Positions 51,632 to 60,796 of a stretch of 61,736 nt of DNA are shown here, one piece after another (positions within the stretch are counted from its first letter, which is position 1; the number at the start of each line of letters is the position of its first letter). The stretch comes from a virus, in IMG/VR virus record IMGVR_UViG_3300031454_000003, positions 1 through 61,736 of that record; one strand, 5' to 3'. Made by a program: the position numbers and the translations under genes. The notes beneath the pieces are model-generated. The model did no database searches. It saw only the letters and a list, made by a program, of their open reading frames with translations, and was not told the origin of the DNA.

Positions 51632-52878
51632 CGGCTCGCTCCCAAAATCACGCTCACGGCGGGCGCTATAAAGTCGCCGTCGTGTAGCCGTTCGGAGACG
51701 TTCACAATCTCCCCCGTTTCATCCCAACGTGCAAGCAGGGCATACCCTCGGGTTTTCCACTCCCAGCCCGTGCCGCGTGGTTCGGCGGGCGGATTGAAGT
51801 GCGTCACCTTACCCAGCAGCGGATAGTACAGATCGCCCCCGGTATCGCCGGAGCAGTTGCTTGACAACAGGCCTACGGCTTTACCGTCGAGCATATTGTC
51901 CGTGACCGTGTTAGCGAACCGCTGCATATCCTCCTCGGTCAAGACGCCCTCGAGTCCCAGGTCAGCCACAGCATTCAGAGTTTCGCCCGAGTAAGAGCAC
52001 TTCTGAAATATCCAGCCGTAGTTACCGACAGCCCGGTAGCTGTTGACTATGTGCGGCCAGACATATGAGCTGCCCTTTACCATCAGCTCTTTTCGCACGA
52101 CGCGGATCAGCCGGTCACGTTCGGTGTGATACTTCGCTTCGCCCGTCAGATCGCCCAGATAGTGCATGAGCTGAACCGAGTTCGTAAACGGGTGAAACAG
52201 GTCTTTTTCGATAAACGGGAATCCGGTCGGCTTGTTGCTGCGTTTGCGCCACTTCGCCTCGAACTCGTTTACGAGGTAGTCAATCCAGAAGTCGGCAGCC
52301 TCGGCATACTCCGGCACGTCCCGGTTCACGTCAAACAGGCGAGCCGCCAGCGCCACCATAGAGTGCGCCATGATTTCTTCCATAGTCGTTGTGTCTTTGT
52401 TGTGCAGCTTCAGATCGTTAGGATTGTAGTAGAGCCAGCCCCGAAAGCCGTCGCCGGTGTTTGCCTTCAGTGTTGCCCGCGCAAACTGCATAACCTCGTA
52501 AACGCGCCTCACGAGCGCGCCGTCACCTGTAACCCGAAAGGCAGAGATGACCTGCTCGAGCTGCAAATTCGCGTGACGGCTCATGTCGTTCAGCCGTCCC
52601 GACTTACCCAGCGCGTCAAGGTCGTACTCTTCACGAGTGCCACCGGGCGCGTAGACTTTGCACGCCTTGAGACGCCCTAGCCACAGCTTCTGCGTATCAG
52701 TGAGGGGTACGTCTCGAATCTTCAGCGACGGCGCCCGCGGGTCTACTGTAGGCGTAATGGGCGTCGGTTCCGGCGTCACCTCCACAACTACCTCATCTGG
52801 CAACATCAGGATTTCAGCCCGCAACGCTGCGGTGTGAGACTCGATAACGGCAACGCTTGCGAGCATGTCGTTTTTCAT
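51628..52878 (-). CDS. large hypothetical protein (416 aa), helical-repeat-like
   Basis: ATGA-coupled on both sides, directly upstream of the endolysin. Confidence 0.6.
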   Translation of the reverse strand: MKNDMLASVAVIESHTAALRAEILMLPDEVVVEVTPEPTPITPTVDPRAPSLKIRDVPLTDTQKLWLGRLKACKVYAPGGTREEYDLDALGKSGRLNDMSRHANLQLEQVISAFRVTGDGALVRRVYEVMQFARATLKANTGDGFRGWLYYNPNDLKLHNKDTTTMEEIMAHSMVALAARLFDVNRDVPEYAEAADFWIDYLVNEFEAKWRKRSNKPTGFPFIEKDLFHPFTNSVQLMHYLGDLTGEAKYHTERDRLIRVVRKELMVKGSSYVWPHIVNSYRAVGNYGWIFQKCSYSGETLNAVADLGLEGVLTEEDMQRFANTVTDNMLDGKAVGLLSSNCSGDTGGDLYYPLLGKVTHFNPPAEPRGTGWEWKTRGYALLARWDETGEIVNVSERLHDGDFIAPAVSVILGASR

Positions 52879-53165
52879 AGTGCATCCAAACGCCGATATT
52901 TTTCTTCGTCGGTATGACCATCCCAAGTGCGTCCCGCATCACGTGCTAGATGTGAATAAAGGTGCAAGTCGTCTAGCGCGATATGCCAGCTAACTTGTCC
53001 GGTTGGCAAGTCGATAAAGCAGACATTGCGCCAATCATCCTCCCAGTCCTCGCCAACATGCTGCTCGATGCTGCTTGGGTATAGCTTGGACAATGCCGCC
53101 ACTAAATGCGCTCGTTCGGTATAAACAGAATTACTCACAGTCTTTCCCCTTTCATCTCGGTTCAT
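52875..53165 (-). CDS. small WDGH-motif protein
   Basis: GQVSWHIALDDLHLYSHL..TWDGHTDEEKYRRL. ATGA-coupled. Confidence 0.5.
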   Translation of the reverse strand: MNRDERGKTVSNSVYTERAHLVAALSKLYPSSIEQHVGEDWEDDWRNVCFIDLPTGQVSWHIALDDLHLYSHLARDAGRTWDGHTDEEKYRRLDAL

Positions 53166-54739
53166 GGCATCCTCTTTTCGTACAGCAACAAGCTCACCCA
53201 CGACGCCTTCCGGTTCTCTCTACCCGAGTCCGGGCGGGCGTTGAGGGCGTGCAGGGTATCGACGAACTCAGGCCGGTCGGTTGCAAACGCCGAGCCGAGT
53301 GTGGCGAGCCCGCGTGAGATTTGGAACACGTCTTCAGTCACGGTCGCCCTCGTTTGCAGCGGCCCACAGGGATAGGTCTTACCCCGGTATGAGACGACCC
53401 GCTGACCGTTATTCGACAGCGGCCCGTTACCCCCGACAGTCGCCGCAATCTTGTCACCCGCGCCCTGAAACATGACCACGAGCTGCACCGTACGCGCCCA
53501 CGCTGCCATGTACCGAGCCGTGTAGTGTGGTGCGCCGCTGCGGTGCATGGCCCACTCGTGGGGTACGTCTTTACGCTTGTACGTCGCGTCCTGCATCGCT
53601 GGCCTAGCGGCGTCGAGTACAAAGTGAGGTGCTACCGCAACCTCACCCTCGGGCGTTTGCACGTAGCTCACACCCGCCATAAGCTTGTCTGCCCAGTAGG
53701 TATAAGCCTCGAGGTAGTAATCCTTGCCATGCGTTAGCCAGCGATGCCAGAAAAAGCTAGCCATCGACACGACGGCGTGCCGCAAGTCTTTAACGTAGGC
53801 GTACCAGGGCTGACCTGGTTTCAGCTTCTCGGACAGAAAGCGAAGGCGCGCCTCGAGGTCGTCAGCGTAGGAGCTTACCCGTTCGTACTCCACACCGCCG
53901 CCCGGTTTCAGGATGTACTCGAGTTCGCCGACGGTGCCGAAATGTAGACACCAGTCCAAGTCGTGCCAAAAGTCAAGGTCTAGGTATGGGGGTGCTATCC
54001 CGTCACCCGGAGTGCCGGAGTCGATGAGTTGATAGTTGATTCTTTTAAGGCCAACCTGCTCGAGGTCGTCAACCGTATAGCGCCCTTTTGTAAGCGCCCG
54101 GTTGGCTTTTGCCCCATATCCTGTCGCCATAGTCGCGGGGTTAAAGATGATACCCGCCTGTTTCCGTAACAGCACCTCAGCTTTAGGGTCGCCGTAGTGG
54201 TCAAGCAGCACCTGAAGGCCGTGCGCGATGTAGCCCTGATCGCGCATGTTCTTGAGGTGCATGTGGCCTTCGATCAGCGGCTCATTACTAAAGGGCCGGA
54301 TACCGCGCTCAACCTTGCCGGGGTTGGCTGCCCACTCTCGCTCGAGCCACGCCCAAGAGCCGTCATACGCGGCTTTGGCGCTGCCTGTCAGCTTGCTCGA
54401 GTCGAAGTCCGAGTTGGCCCCATAGAGGGGCCGTGGTTTGCCGCTAGACGCGGCCCAGGTCTTTTTTGCTGCGACCTCGGCGGGCGTCAGTTGCTTAAAC
54501 CTTTCGTAACTTCCCCCCGCCAGCACACGCCACGCCCACGACTCAGCGCGCCACGCCTCTTTGTAAACTGTCTGGTTGGCTACCTCTATTTTTAGAGCGT
54601 CGAGTTCGGCACGCAGCGCCGCAACGTCTACGGGCGGTTGCATGGTTGCCTCTAGCTCGAGTAGTTTTCCTTCCGCGCTGGCAATGTCGGCGCGCGCTCC
54701 GGTCACTAAGTTTTCGGGGTTTGTCGGTTCTGTCGTCAT
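53162..54739 (-). CDS. large hypothetical protein (525 aa) with an N-terminal coiled coil
   Basis: SD AAGGAAA. Trp/Tyr/His-rich helical body, so a possible polysaccharide-active enzyme, but unproven. Confidence 0.6.
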   Translation of the reverse strand: MTTEPTNPENLVTGARADIASAEGKLLELEATMQPPVDVAALRAELDALKIEVANQTVYKEAWRAESWAWRVLAGGSYERFKQLTPAEVAAKKTWAASSGKPRPLYGANSDFDSSKLTGSAKAAYDGSWAWLEREWAANPGKVERGIRPFSNEPLIEGHMHLKNMRDQGYIAHGLQVLLDHYGDPKAEVLLRKQAGIIFNPATMATGYGAKANRALTKGRYTVDDLEQVGLKRINYQLIDSGTPGDGIAPPYLDLDFWHDLDWCLHFGTVGELEYILKPGGGVEYERVSSYADDLEARLRFLSEKLKPGQPWYAYVKDLRHAVVSMASFFWHRWLTHGKDYYLEAYTYWADKLMAGVSYVQTPEGEVAVAPHFVLDAARPAMQDATYKRKDVPHEWAMHRSGAPHYTARYMAAWARTVQLVVMFQGAGDKIAATVGGNGPLSNNGQRVVSYRGKTYPCGPLQTRATVTEDVFQISRGLATLGSAFATDRPEFVDTLHALNARPDSGRENRKASWVSLLLYEKRMP

Positions 54740-54750
54740 AATTTCCTTTC

Positions 54751-55398
54751 CTAACTATTCCTTTGGCCTAAAAGGCGGGCGGGGCGACCACGCTCAAGGA
54801 TGGCAGTCTGCACGTTGCCGCCAACGGAGGCGATACCTAGGCTGTATTTTTGAGACTCAGCCGTGAGATCAATAAGCCAACTTGCGAAGTCCGCTGACGC
54901 CGCTAGAGGAAATAGCTCGAGCGTTGGTTTGACCGTGCCGATAATCAGCCGCGCCAGTTCGTCTTTGCCGCCTGTAGCTATCCCCCAAGACGCTTGTGGG
55001 TAAAGTTCTTTCAGCTCGCCGGGTAAGTTGATCTGAAACATGCGTCCGTAAAAGTTTGTGGCGTCGAAACCGGCAACAGTAAGCGCGATGTTGCCGAGCC
55101 CCATCGGCCTAAGTTTGCCGTGCAGATCCTGCGCGATCTCCTCAACGGTTTTACGGACGCCGACCGCTTCACCGTATTCGCGCAGTAGCGAGCCGACCGA
55201 GCGCACGCCCGAGGCGGCTTGGCCGACGAAGCCGACCGCGCAAAAATTGTTAGGTGGCGATAGGATAAAAACCTTCACACCGGAATCGAAGTAGGCCGTA
55301 TCCGGCAGCGGTGTGCCATTTGGTTGAGAAACTGACAAACGTGAATCCGAAGCGATGACTATCGCTTCGGGCGTCTTTACCGAAATTAAAAGTGAGAT
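54751..55398 (-). CDS. HslV/proteasome-beta-like Ntn-hydrolase-fold protein. Proposed ATC start, then Ser1
   Basis: (I)SLLISVKTPEAIVIASDSR.., VGFVGQAASG, ATGGK and SVGGNVQTAIL align with TT.V..K..D.VV.A.D.R, AG..GD, GSGS and SGG of proteasome beta/HslV. AGGAGG lies 5 nt upstream of the ATC. Confidence 0.55.
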   Translation of the reverse strand: MSLLISVKTPEAIVIASDSRLSVSQPNGTPLPDTAYFDSGVKVFILSPPNNFCAVGFVGQAASGVRSVGSLLREYGEAVGVRKTVEEIAQDLHGKLRPMGLGNIALTVAGFDATNFYGRMFQINLPGELKELYPQASWGIATGGKDELARLIIGTVKPTLELFPLAASADFASWLIDLTAESQKYSLGIASVGGNVQTAILERGRPARLLGQRNS

Positions 55399-55413
55399 GA
55401 GTACCTCCTAACT

Positions 55414-55440
55414 AAAAAGCTCTCTGCTTTTGCAGAGAGC
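55414..55440 (-). terminator. intrinsic terminator after the fibre gene, abutting the next SD
   Basis: Sense strand reads GCTCTCTGC aaaa GCAGAGAGC TTTTT, then AGTTAGGAGG. Confidence 0.65.
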
Positions 55441-55462
55441 GGGCGTCAAGTTTTAGGGTTTA

Positions 55463-58400
55463 CTACGCACCAAGCAAGGTTTTCACATCCGCCTCCTGAT
55501 CAGCGCCTACTAACCCTCGGCAGATAATCAGCGCAAGGTTCTTTGTCTTTGTGCTCTCAGCGTAGACACCGTTTGCTCTTGGGATTGCACCGATACCGAC
55601 GACGAGGTTTCCCGGATACGTATTGTCACTAACTCGCGCCCTTGCGCCTGCCGGGTCGTAGTAAGACAAGCCCTCTATCCGTTTCTCGGTCGGTTTCCAA
55701 ATGAGCCGGTGAACAGTCTCGGCGGGCACGGGCTTCGCGCCAACATAGATGCTGTTTGTAAAGAAATCGTTGTTACGGATGAGCAAGAAGGGTCGCCCGT
55801 CGGCGTGTCGCCCAAGCTCTCCGGACGCTTGCGCCCGAACACTGTCAGCGAGCGCCACTTGCGCGTTGTATTCAACCGTCTCAGCAGCGGAGATACCCTG
55901 AATCTTGGTGAACACGGTGGTCGGTTCGGTATTGCTGACTCCCGTGTTTATCCGTACGCAAGCGCCGCCACCTTGGGGGTAAACACCTCCGGGTATCTCA
56001 AGTACGTTGCCGATAACTTGCGCTGTGATGGCGAGTGCGGGCGCTGCGTCGTTGACGTACTTTCGAGCACCGTCGTCCCACAAGAAAATACCCACAGCCC
56101 GGTCAGGATGTTCCACAACGTCGTTACCGGGGTCGTACGGCGTAAGCGCGCCCATGTTGCGGCGGCGTTGCAGCGCGCTAAACGAGTAGGGGTGCATGGT
56201 AAGCGTGTGCAGGTGAGCGCGCGCAAGCTCGTACGCGACGCCGTTTGTATCGCGCAACCCGCCGACGATAATCCGCACGGTCGCGTCAGGCCACGCGGGC
56301 CGGTTGAGTTTGATACTGCGCCCGTCGGTGTGGTCGTACAGCACGATCTCGGTCGTGCCGATGTCAAGGATGAGGCGCGGGTGGTCGCCGGTCCAGGTGA
56401 GGGTGTCGGGTGAGGTTACGGTGGTCGTGCCGATAACGGTGCGGAGCTTGAAGCCGCCCTGCACCTTAAGCAGGTGTACCCCGTCTTCGCCCCCGGAGGC
56501 GTCTACTTGCAACATCACGCCATCGTTGGCGGTTTTACTGACCTCACCCCAAATCATGCAGATGATCGCATTGCCGTTCATGCGCTGCGCCTGCGCCGGG
56601 TTATTCAGGGCCAGGGAACGCACCTGAGAACCGTACACGCCGGTCGAAAGGATGCCCTTAAAGCGGATGTCAGGCCGCGCTAGACCTTCCCACAGCAAAG
56701 CGTTGTTGTTGCCCGAGCTGTCGGTAAGTATCGTGGTTGGGTTTTTGTTCACGGGGTCGTTGGCGTAAATCACGAGGGTAGGGTTCGGCATGATGGCGGG
56801 TCCGGCGGCGACCTCCACAACCGCGCTGAAGGTATCGCGCACGTCTGCCAGCACCGAACCAGGCGTGTCGGCTCCAGCGGCTTTAATCTCAACAAGCATG
56901 GTGTAGGCGGCTTCAACCGTCCCAGTCGGCGCGGTGACGGTAACGCGCCAGAGGTCAAGGTTTCCGGTCTGTGAAATGAGTGCAGCGGTAGCGGTAAGTC
57001 CTTCGCCCATCGTCACGGTCATCGTCAGGTTGCCCGCGTAACCACCGACCCGGCGCACATTAAAGTCAACCGTCAGCGACTCACCCGGTGCAAGGTCGAG
57101 TGATTTTGTGTCGGTGCGTGAAAGTGCAAGGGAGAAGTCGGGCGGCATAACGGCCCAACTCAGGTCCGGTTCATTTAGGTCGGCGTAGCCCCGGCGGGTC
57201 AGGGTCTCGGCTTCGGTCTCGTCAAAGTAGCGCGGCGCAAAGACCGGCTCACCGATGAACCCCGCTACCGCGAGGCCGTCGCTCCGTACACCCGCCGTCA
57301 GCAATGGTTCAGTAAGCGCCTGCAATGGCGCAGGCAATGGTGCGCTTACTATTGACGAGCCGTTATCACTCGTGACGTTCAGCCGTGCGTACGCACCCCG
57401 CCACGCCAGCAGCGCCGAAAACTTCTGCACGCTGAGACGCGGCAGCTTCACCGCCATCTGAACGTCGCCGACCCTGCCGTAGATGTAATCTATCCCTTCG
57501 CCCAGCCTCGCGTAGATCGCTGCGCCTGACGTTTGTCCGTAGGCGTCAACGGGCGGCCCGACCGACACCAGGCCCCACGTGCCGTCGGCGGTTATGTAAG
57601 CGTCAACCTTCAGCGTGCCTTTGCTCACATCTTTCGCTAGCAGCGGAGCCCGGATGCTGCCCGCCGGGTCAAAACCGTAGATCGGGCGCTCGGGAGTGCT
57701 GCTCTCGGTCGGTAAGGCAAGGTTAAGCGTGCCGAGGTCAAGAAAGGGGTGCTGCGGATCGGGGCCGGTCGGGAACAAAGTCAGCTCGAGCTTGTCGTCA
57801 TAAGGTCTACCGACAAAGGCAACGTACTCGAGTCCTATCACGTCGCCGTCCGGTAGCCACAGCTCGCGTACGTCGGGCAAAAGCCGCTTCATCCGGTCGC
57901 CGTCGCGCCGGGGGTCGTCTCGGTCTATCAGAAGCGCAGTGATAGGCTTGGTCTCCGGCAAACGCGAGCGCAGACCCGCTTCTGCAAACCACGCGCCCGG
58001 AAGGTCGGACTCGCCCGCGATACCTGTTCGGACGCCGCCGAGGGTGGTATCAAACCCCGCCGAAAAGCGCAGCACTTCGCCCGACTCGGTAACGAAAGCG
58101 TGCGTGTCGGCGTCGGACATCTCGAACGAAAAAGGGGTGTTAGCGCTTGAACTGGCTATCGTCGCCGTCAGCTGCAAACGCGGGGCGGGCTGCCTGAAGG
58201 TGGCGGTCGCGGAGCGTGGCGCGGGGGTACCAACCTCGGCCTCGGCGTAGAAACGTGGGGCGCTCTGTCTAAAGGTAGCGGCAGCAGTCGTTAAATTGCC
58301 GACTTCTGCTTGAGCTATAAGGCGCGGGGCTGGTTGCCTAAAGGTAGCTGCTGCGTCAACGCCCTGAGGTGTAGTAACGCTCAGGGTTGCCGCGCCGCCA

Positions 58401-58879
58401 CCTTCTATAGATTTGTGGGTTGTTTTACCACCCACGAGGTCGGGTGCTTTCCTGATGATGACGACAATTGAGCCGCCCTTGACCCAACCCGGCTTGTTGA
58501 CCTGCTCTTGTAACGCGGGTGCGATGTTGTAAGTACGCAAGCCGTTCGGGGCGTTTGCCGGGACTACATGCGTTCCGATGGCGGTAGTACAAGCGGTCGT
58601 CCGCATTGCAGGCGCGTCCAGAGGAAACGTCGGATTTATGGCAGCGAAGAGACGCAGGTCGTAATTAGAGTCGAAGGTCGTAGCAGCGGTCATCTCAAGC
58701 GTAAACGTTGCGGCGTTTACCACTGCACCTTGCGAGACCTGAATATCGGGGAACTCGATGGCGCTATAGGCGTCTTGAGAACTCGCGTTACCAAAATAAA
58801 GGATGGTCGCGGTGGCGTCGTAAACGCCACCGGCGTAACTATAGGCGTCTTTGGTCGCGGTACGCGTAATGGTGGGCAT
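55463..58879 (-). CDS. large tail fibre / host-recognition protein (1138 aa)
   Basis: Size and position. The N-terminus looks like a DNRLRE-type domain (ATILYFGNASSQDAYSAIEFPDIQVSQGAVVNAATFTLEM). Contains an internal triple repeat. Confidence 0.65.
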   Translation of the reverse strand: MPTITRTATKDAYSYAGGVYDATATILYFGNASSQDAYSAIEFPDIQVSQGAVVNAATFTLEMTAATTFDSNYDLRLFAAINPTFPLDAPAMRTTACTTAIGTHVVPANAPNGLRTYNIAPALQEQVNKPGWVKGGSIVVIIRKAPDLVGGKTTHKSIEGGGAATLSVTTPQGVDAAATFRQPAPRLIAQAEVGNLTTAAATFRQSAPRFYAEAEVGTPAPRSATATFRQPAPRLQLTATIASSSANTPFSFEMSDADTHAFVTESGEVLRFSAGFDTTLGGVRTGIAGESDLPGAWFAEAGLRSRLPETKPITALLIDRDDPRRDGDRMKRLLPDVRELWLPDGDVIGLEYVAFVGRPYDDKLELTLFPTGPDPQHPFLDLGTLNLALPTESSTPERPIYGFDPAGSIRAPLLAKDVSKGTLKVDAYITADGTWGLVSVGPPVDAYGQTSGAAIYARLGEGIDYIYGRVGDVQMAVKLPRLSVQKFSALLAWRGAYARLNVTSDNGSSIVSAPLPAPLQALTEPLLTAGVRSDGLAVAGFIGEPVFAPRYFDETEAETLTRRGYADLNEPDLSWAVMPPDFSLALSRTDTKSLDLAPGESLTVDFNVRRVGGYAGNLTMTVTMGEGLTATAALISQTGNLDLWRVTVTAPTGTVEAAYTMLVEIKAAGADTPGSVLADVRDTFSAVVEVAAGPAIMPNPTLVIYANDPVNKNPTTILTDSSGNNNALLWEGLARPDIRFKGILSTGVYGSQVRSLALNNPAQAQRMNGNAIICMIWGEVSKTANDGVMLQVDASGGEDGVHLLKVQGGFKLRTVIGTTTVTSPDTLTWTGDHPRLILDIGTTEIVLYDHTDGRSIKLNRPAWPDATVRIIVGGLRDTNGVAYELARAHLHTLTMHPYSFSALQRRRNMGALTPYDPGNDVVEHPDRAVGIFLWDDGARKYVNDAAPALAITAQVIGNVLEIPGGVYPQGGGACVRINTGVSNTEPTTVFTKIQGISAAETVEYNAQVALADSVRAQASGELGRHADGRPFLLIRNNDFFTNSIYVGAKPVPAETVHRLIWKPTEKRIEGLSYYDPAGARARVSDNTYPGNLVVGIGAIPRANGVYAESTKTKNLALIICRGLVGADQEADVKTLLGA
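58160..58354 (-). repeat. three tandem ATFRQ(P/S)APR(L/F)..A(E/T)(V/I)(G/A) units in the fibre
   Basis: AAATFRQPAPRLIAQAEVG / AAATFRQSAPRFYAEAEVG / ATATFRQPAPRLQLTATIA. Confidence 0.8.
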
Positions 58880-58891
58880 GTCTCAGCCCCC

Positions 58892-59314
58892 TTAAGGTAG
58901 CGGATCGAGTTCGATGGTGTAACCGGTGATGCTAAAGGGTGCGCCCTGGGCGACAGTTGCGGCGCTGACGATCAGCTGCCCCGGTACCGCTCCGGCAGCC
59001 ACACCGCAAGGGCCGCGTTGAACGATAACGCCTAGCGAGTTCGTGACGGTAAAGCAGCCGAACGTACCGCCCGCGTTTGCAGCGGCGTCTTGCCACACGC
59101 CGCTCAGGGTTGCCCGCGCAAAGCCGCCCGTGTTCCAGGTGGCGGCGTTATGCGAAGGGTTCGGTAAGACAACTTCAGCGAGCAGCAGGCCCGTAGGCGT
59201 AGCCGTAAAGGTCGTTGGCAGCGCCCCCACGTAAAGGCGCATCGTGCCGCCATCGAGTTTTGAGGTACGAAAGTCTAAAAGCTCGAGTTCTATTGTTTGG
59301 GCCATTGGTGGCAT
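58892..59314 (-). CDS. tail-tip associated protein (short form, 140 aa)
   Basis: ATG at 59314 behind AAGGGAGAA. Confidence 0.5.
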   Translation of the reverse strand: MPPMAQTIELELLDFRTSKLDGGTMRLYVGALPTTFTATPTGLLLAEVVLPNPSHNAATWNTGGFARATLSGVWQDAAANAGGTFGCFTVTNSLGVIVQRGPCGVAAGAVPGQLIVSAATVAQGAPFSITGYTIELDPLP

Positions 59315-59333
59315 GTTTTCTCCCTTTTTTGTA

Positions 59334-60782
59334 CTAAGAACGATAGTAGGAACGCACAAGCTTATTTTTGCCGGAGAACTCGGCTTCAAACGCGCTAGCT
59401 GATAGGTCGGTAACGGTGGTATCGCCCTCTTGAGGTGTCCAAGTCCAGCGGAGGCCCGCATTCTCAAGCTCTTTCGTGCCTCTTGGCCCGTCCAGCAGCT
59501 TCACGATTGAAGGGTTAGAACCTATACCGTCCCTCACCAGCTGCCCTGGTTGCGCCTCGGGAACGATGGCGCGGGTTGTGCTATCGAGCGCGTCGATGTC
59601 AAGGCGCAAGAGATAAAAGGCGTGCAATTCGGCTATCCCCGTAGCGCCGCAGCTAAAGCGGAACCACTCCCAGCGGGTGAACGTCCCGGCGTGCGGTGGC
59701 AAGATGATGTCGAGTTCCTGCACCTCGCCTTGAGTGTTGGGCAGCGCCACGTCGTACAGCACGCCACACCATGCGCGAAAGCGGACGGCCTCAACCGTCT
59801 CGGCTGTCATGTAGCGCAGACGTACACCGAGCACGGTCGGTTCGGGGTTGTCGAGTCTAAAGCTGCCTGCCGTACCGCTCGCCTTGACCGAGGGCGGCGC
59901 GACGCTTGCGTCCACAGCGTTTGCCGGGTTGCTGAAGCCGGTGACGATATAAGAGGCGTCATACTCAGGCGTGAAGGCGTAGGGCGGTATTTGCTTTGTC
60001 CGGGTGTAGCCGTACTTGGCGTGTAGCTCGGCGTCCGGAATGCTCAGATGAGTGTATGGTTTCGGGACGTACGCGCCCGACCACGGCGCGATGGCGGGCG
60101 GCTCATTAAAGATGTGCCTCACCGCTGTGGTGATGGCAGGGGCTGTTTGCGGTAATCCTTCATAATCACTCGCTACATAAGGAACCTCGAGTACGGCCCG
60201 ATTTGGCTTGAAAAAAACGTAACCTTCAGGGCTGACGCCGGAACCATAGTCGGCGTCGGCGGTAGCTGTCAGCAGTTCGTCCAGCACCTCTCCCAACTGA
60301 CCTATAGCCGTGAACTCCGGCATGGCCGAGCCGGACGCTGGAAAGTCGGACGCCCTCACGTTCAGCGCCACGTGTTTGTTTTTACTGGCAAGGTCGTAAG
60401 CAATGGCGGCGGTGTCGGTATCCTTATACGTCTCACCGTTGCACGCGCTGCCGATGAGTAGAGCGCGGGCGTTGGCCTGGTAGCCCTCGAGCGACCCGCT
60501 CCCTTCAGTCGTGTTGTTAGGGATAACCGCCCCGTAGAAAACGCTGTGCAGCGCCCCGGTGCGGTCACGGATAAAAGCACGCAGCACTTCGCCGCCGCTG
60601 AGTTTCAGCAGATCGGGACGGCCTGAGAACTCAAGCACGTCACAACCCGATAGTGGATCGACGGCGGCAGCGATACCGCCGCTTATCCCTTTGCCCTCCG
60701 CCTCACTGGTGAAGGTCTGGGCGGTCGGTTCGCCTGTAGGTGATAAAACGTTAACGATGTAACCGCTTTTTGATGTTGACAT
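59334..60782 (-). CDS. tail-tip/baseplate protein (called by position)
   Basis: 482-aa ORF, the first structural gene after the tape-measure region. Confidence 0.5.
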   Translation of the reverse strand: MSTSKSGYIVNVLSPTGEPTAQTFTSEAEGKGISGGIAAAVDPLSGCDVLEFSGRPDLLKLSGGEVLRAFIRDRTGALHSVFYGAVIPNNTTEGSGSLEGYQANARALLIGSACNGETYKDTDTAAIAYDLASKNKHVALNVRASDFPASGSAMPEFTAIGQLGEVLDELLTATADADYGSGVSPEGYVFFKPNRAVLEVPYVASDYEGLPQTAPAITTAVRHIFNEPPAIAPWSGAYVPKPYTHLSIPDAELHAKYGYTRTKQIPPYAFTPEYDASYIVTGFSNPANAVDASVAPPSVKASGTAGSFRLDNPEPTVLGVRLRYMTAETVEAVRFRAWCGVLYDVALPNTQGEVQELDIILPPHAGTFTRWEWFRFSCGATGIAELHAFYLLRLDIDALDSTTRAIVPEAQPGQLVRDGIGSNPSIVKLLDGPRGTKELENAGLRWTWTPQEGDTTVTDLSASAFEAEFSGKNKLVRSYYRS

Positions 60783-60796
60783 TCAACCTCCCCCCG

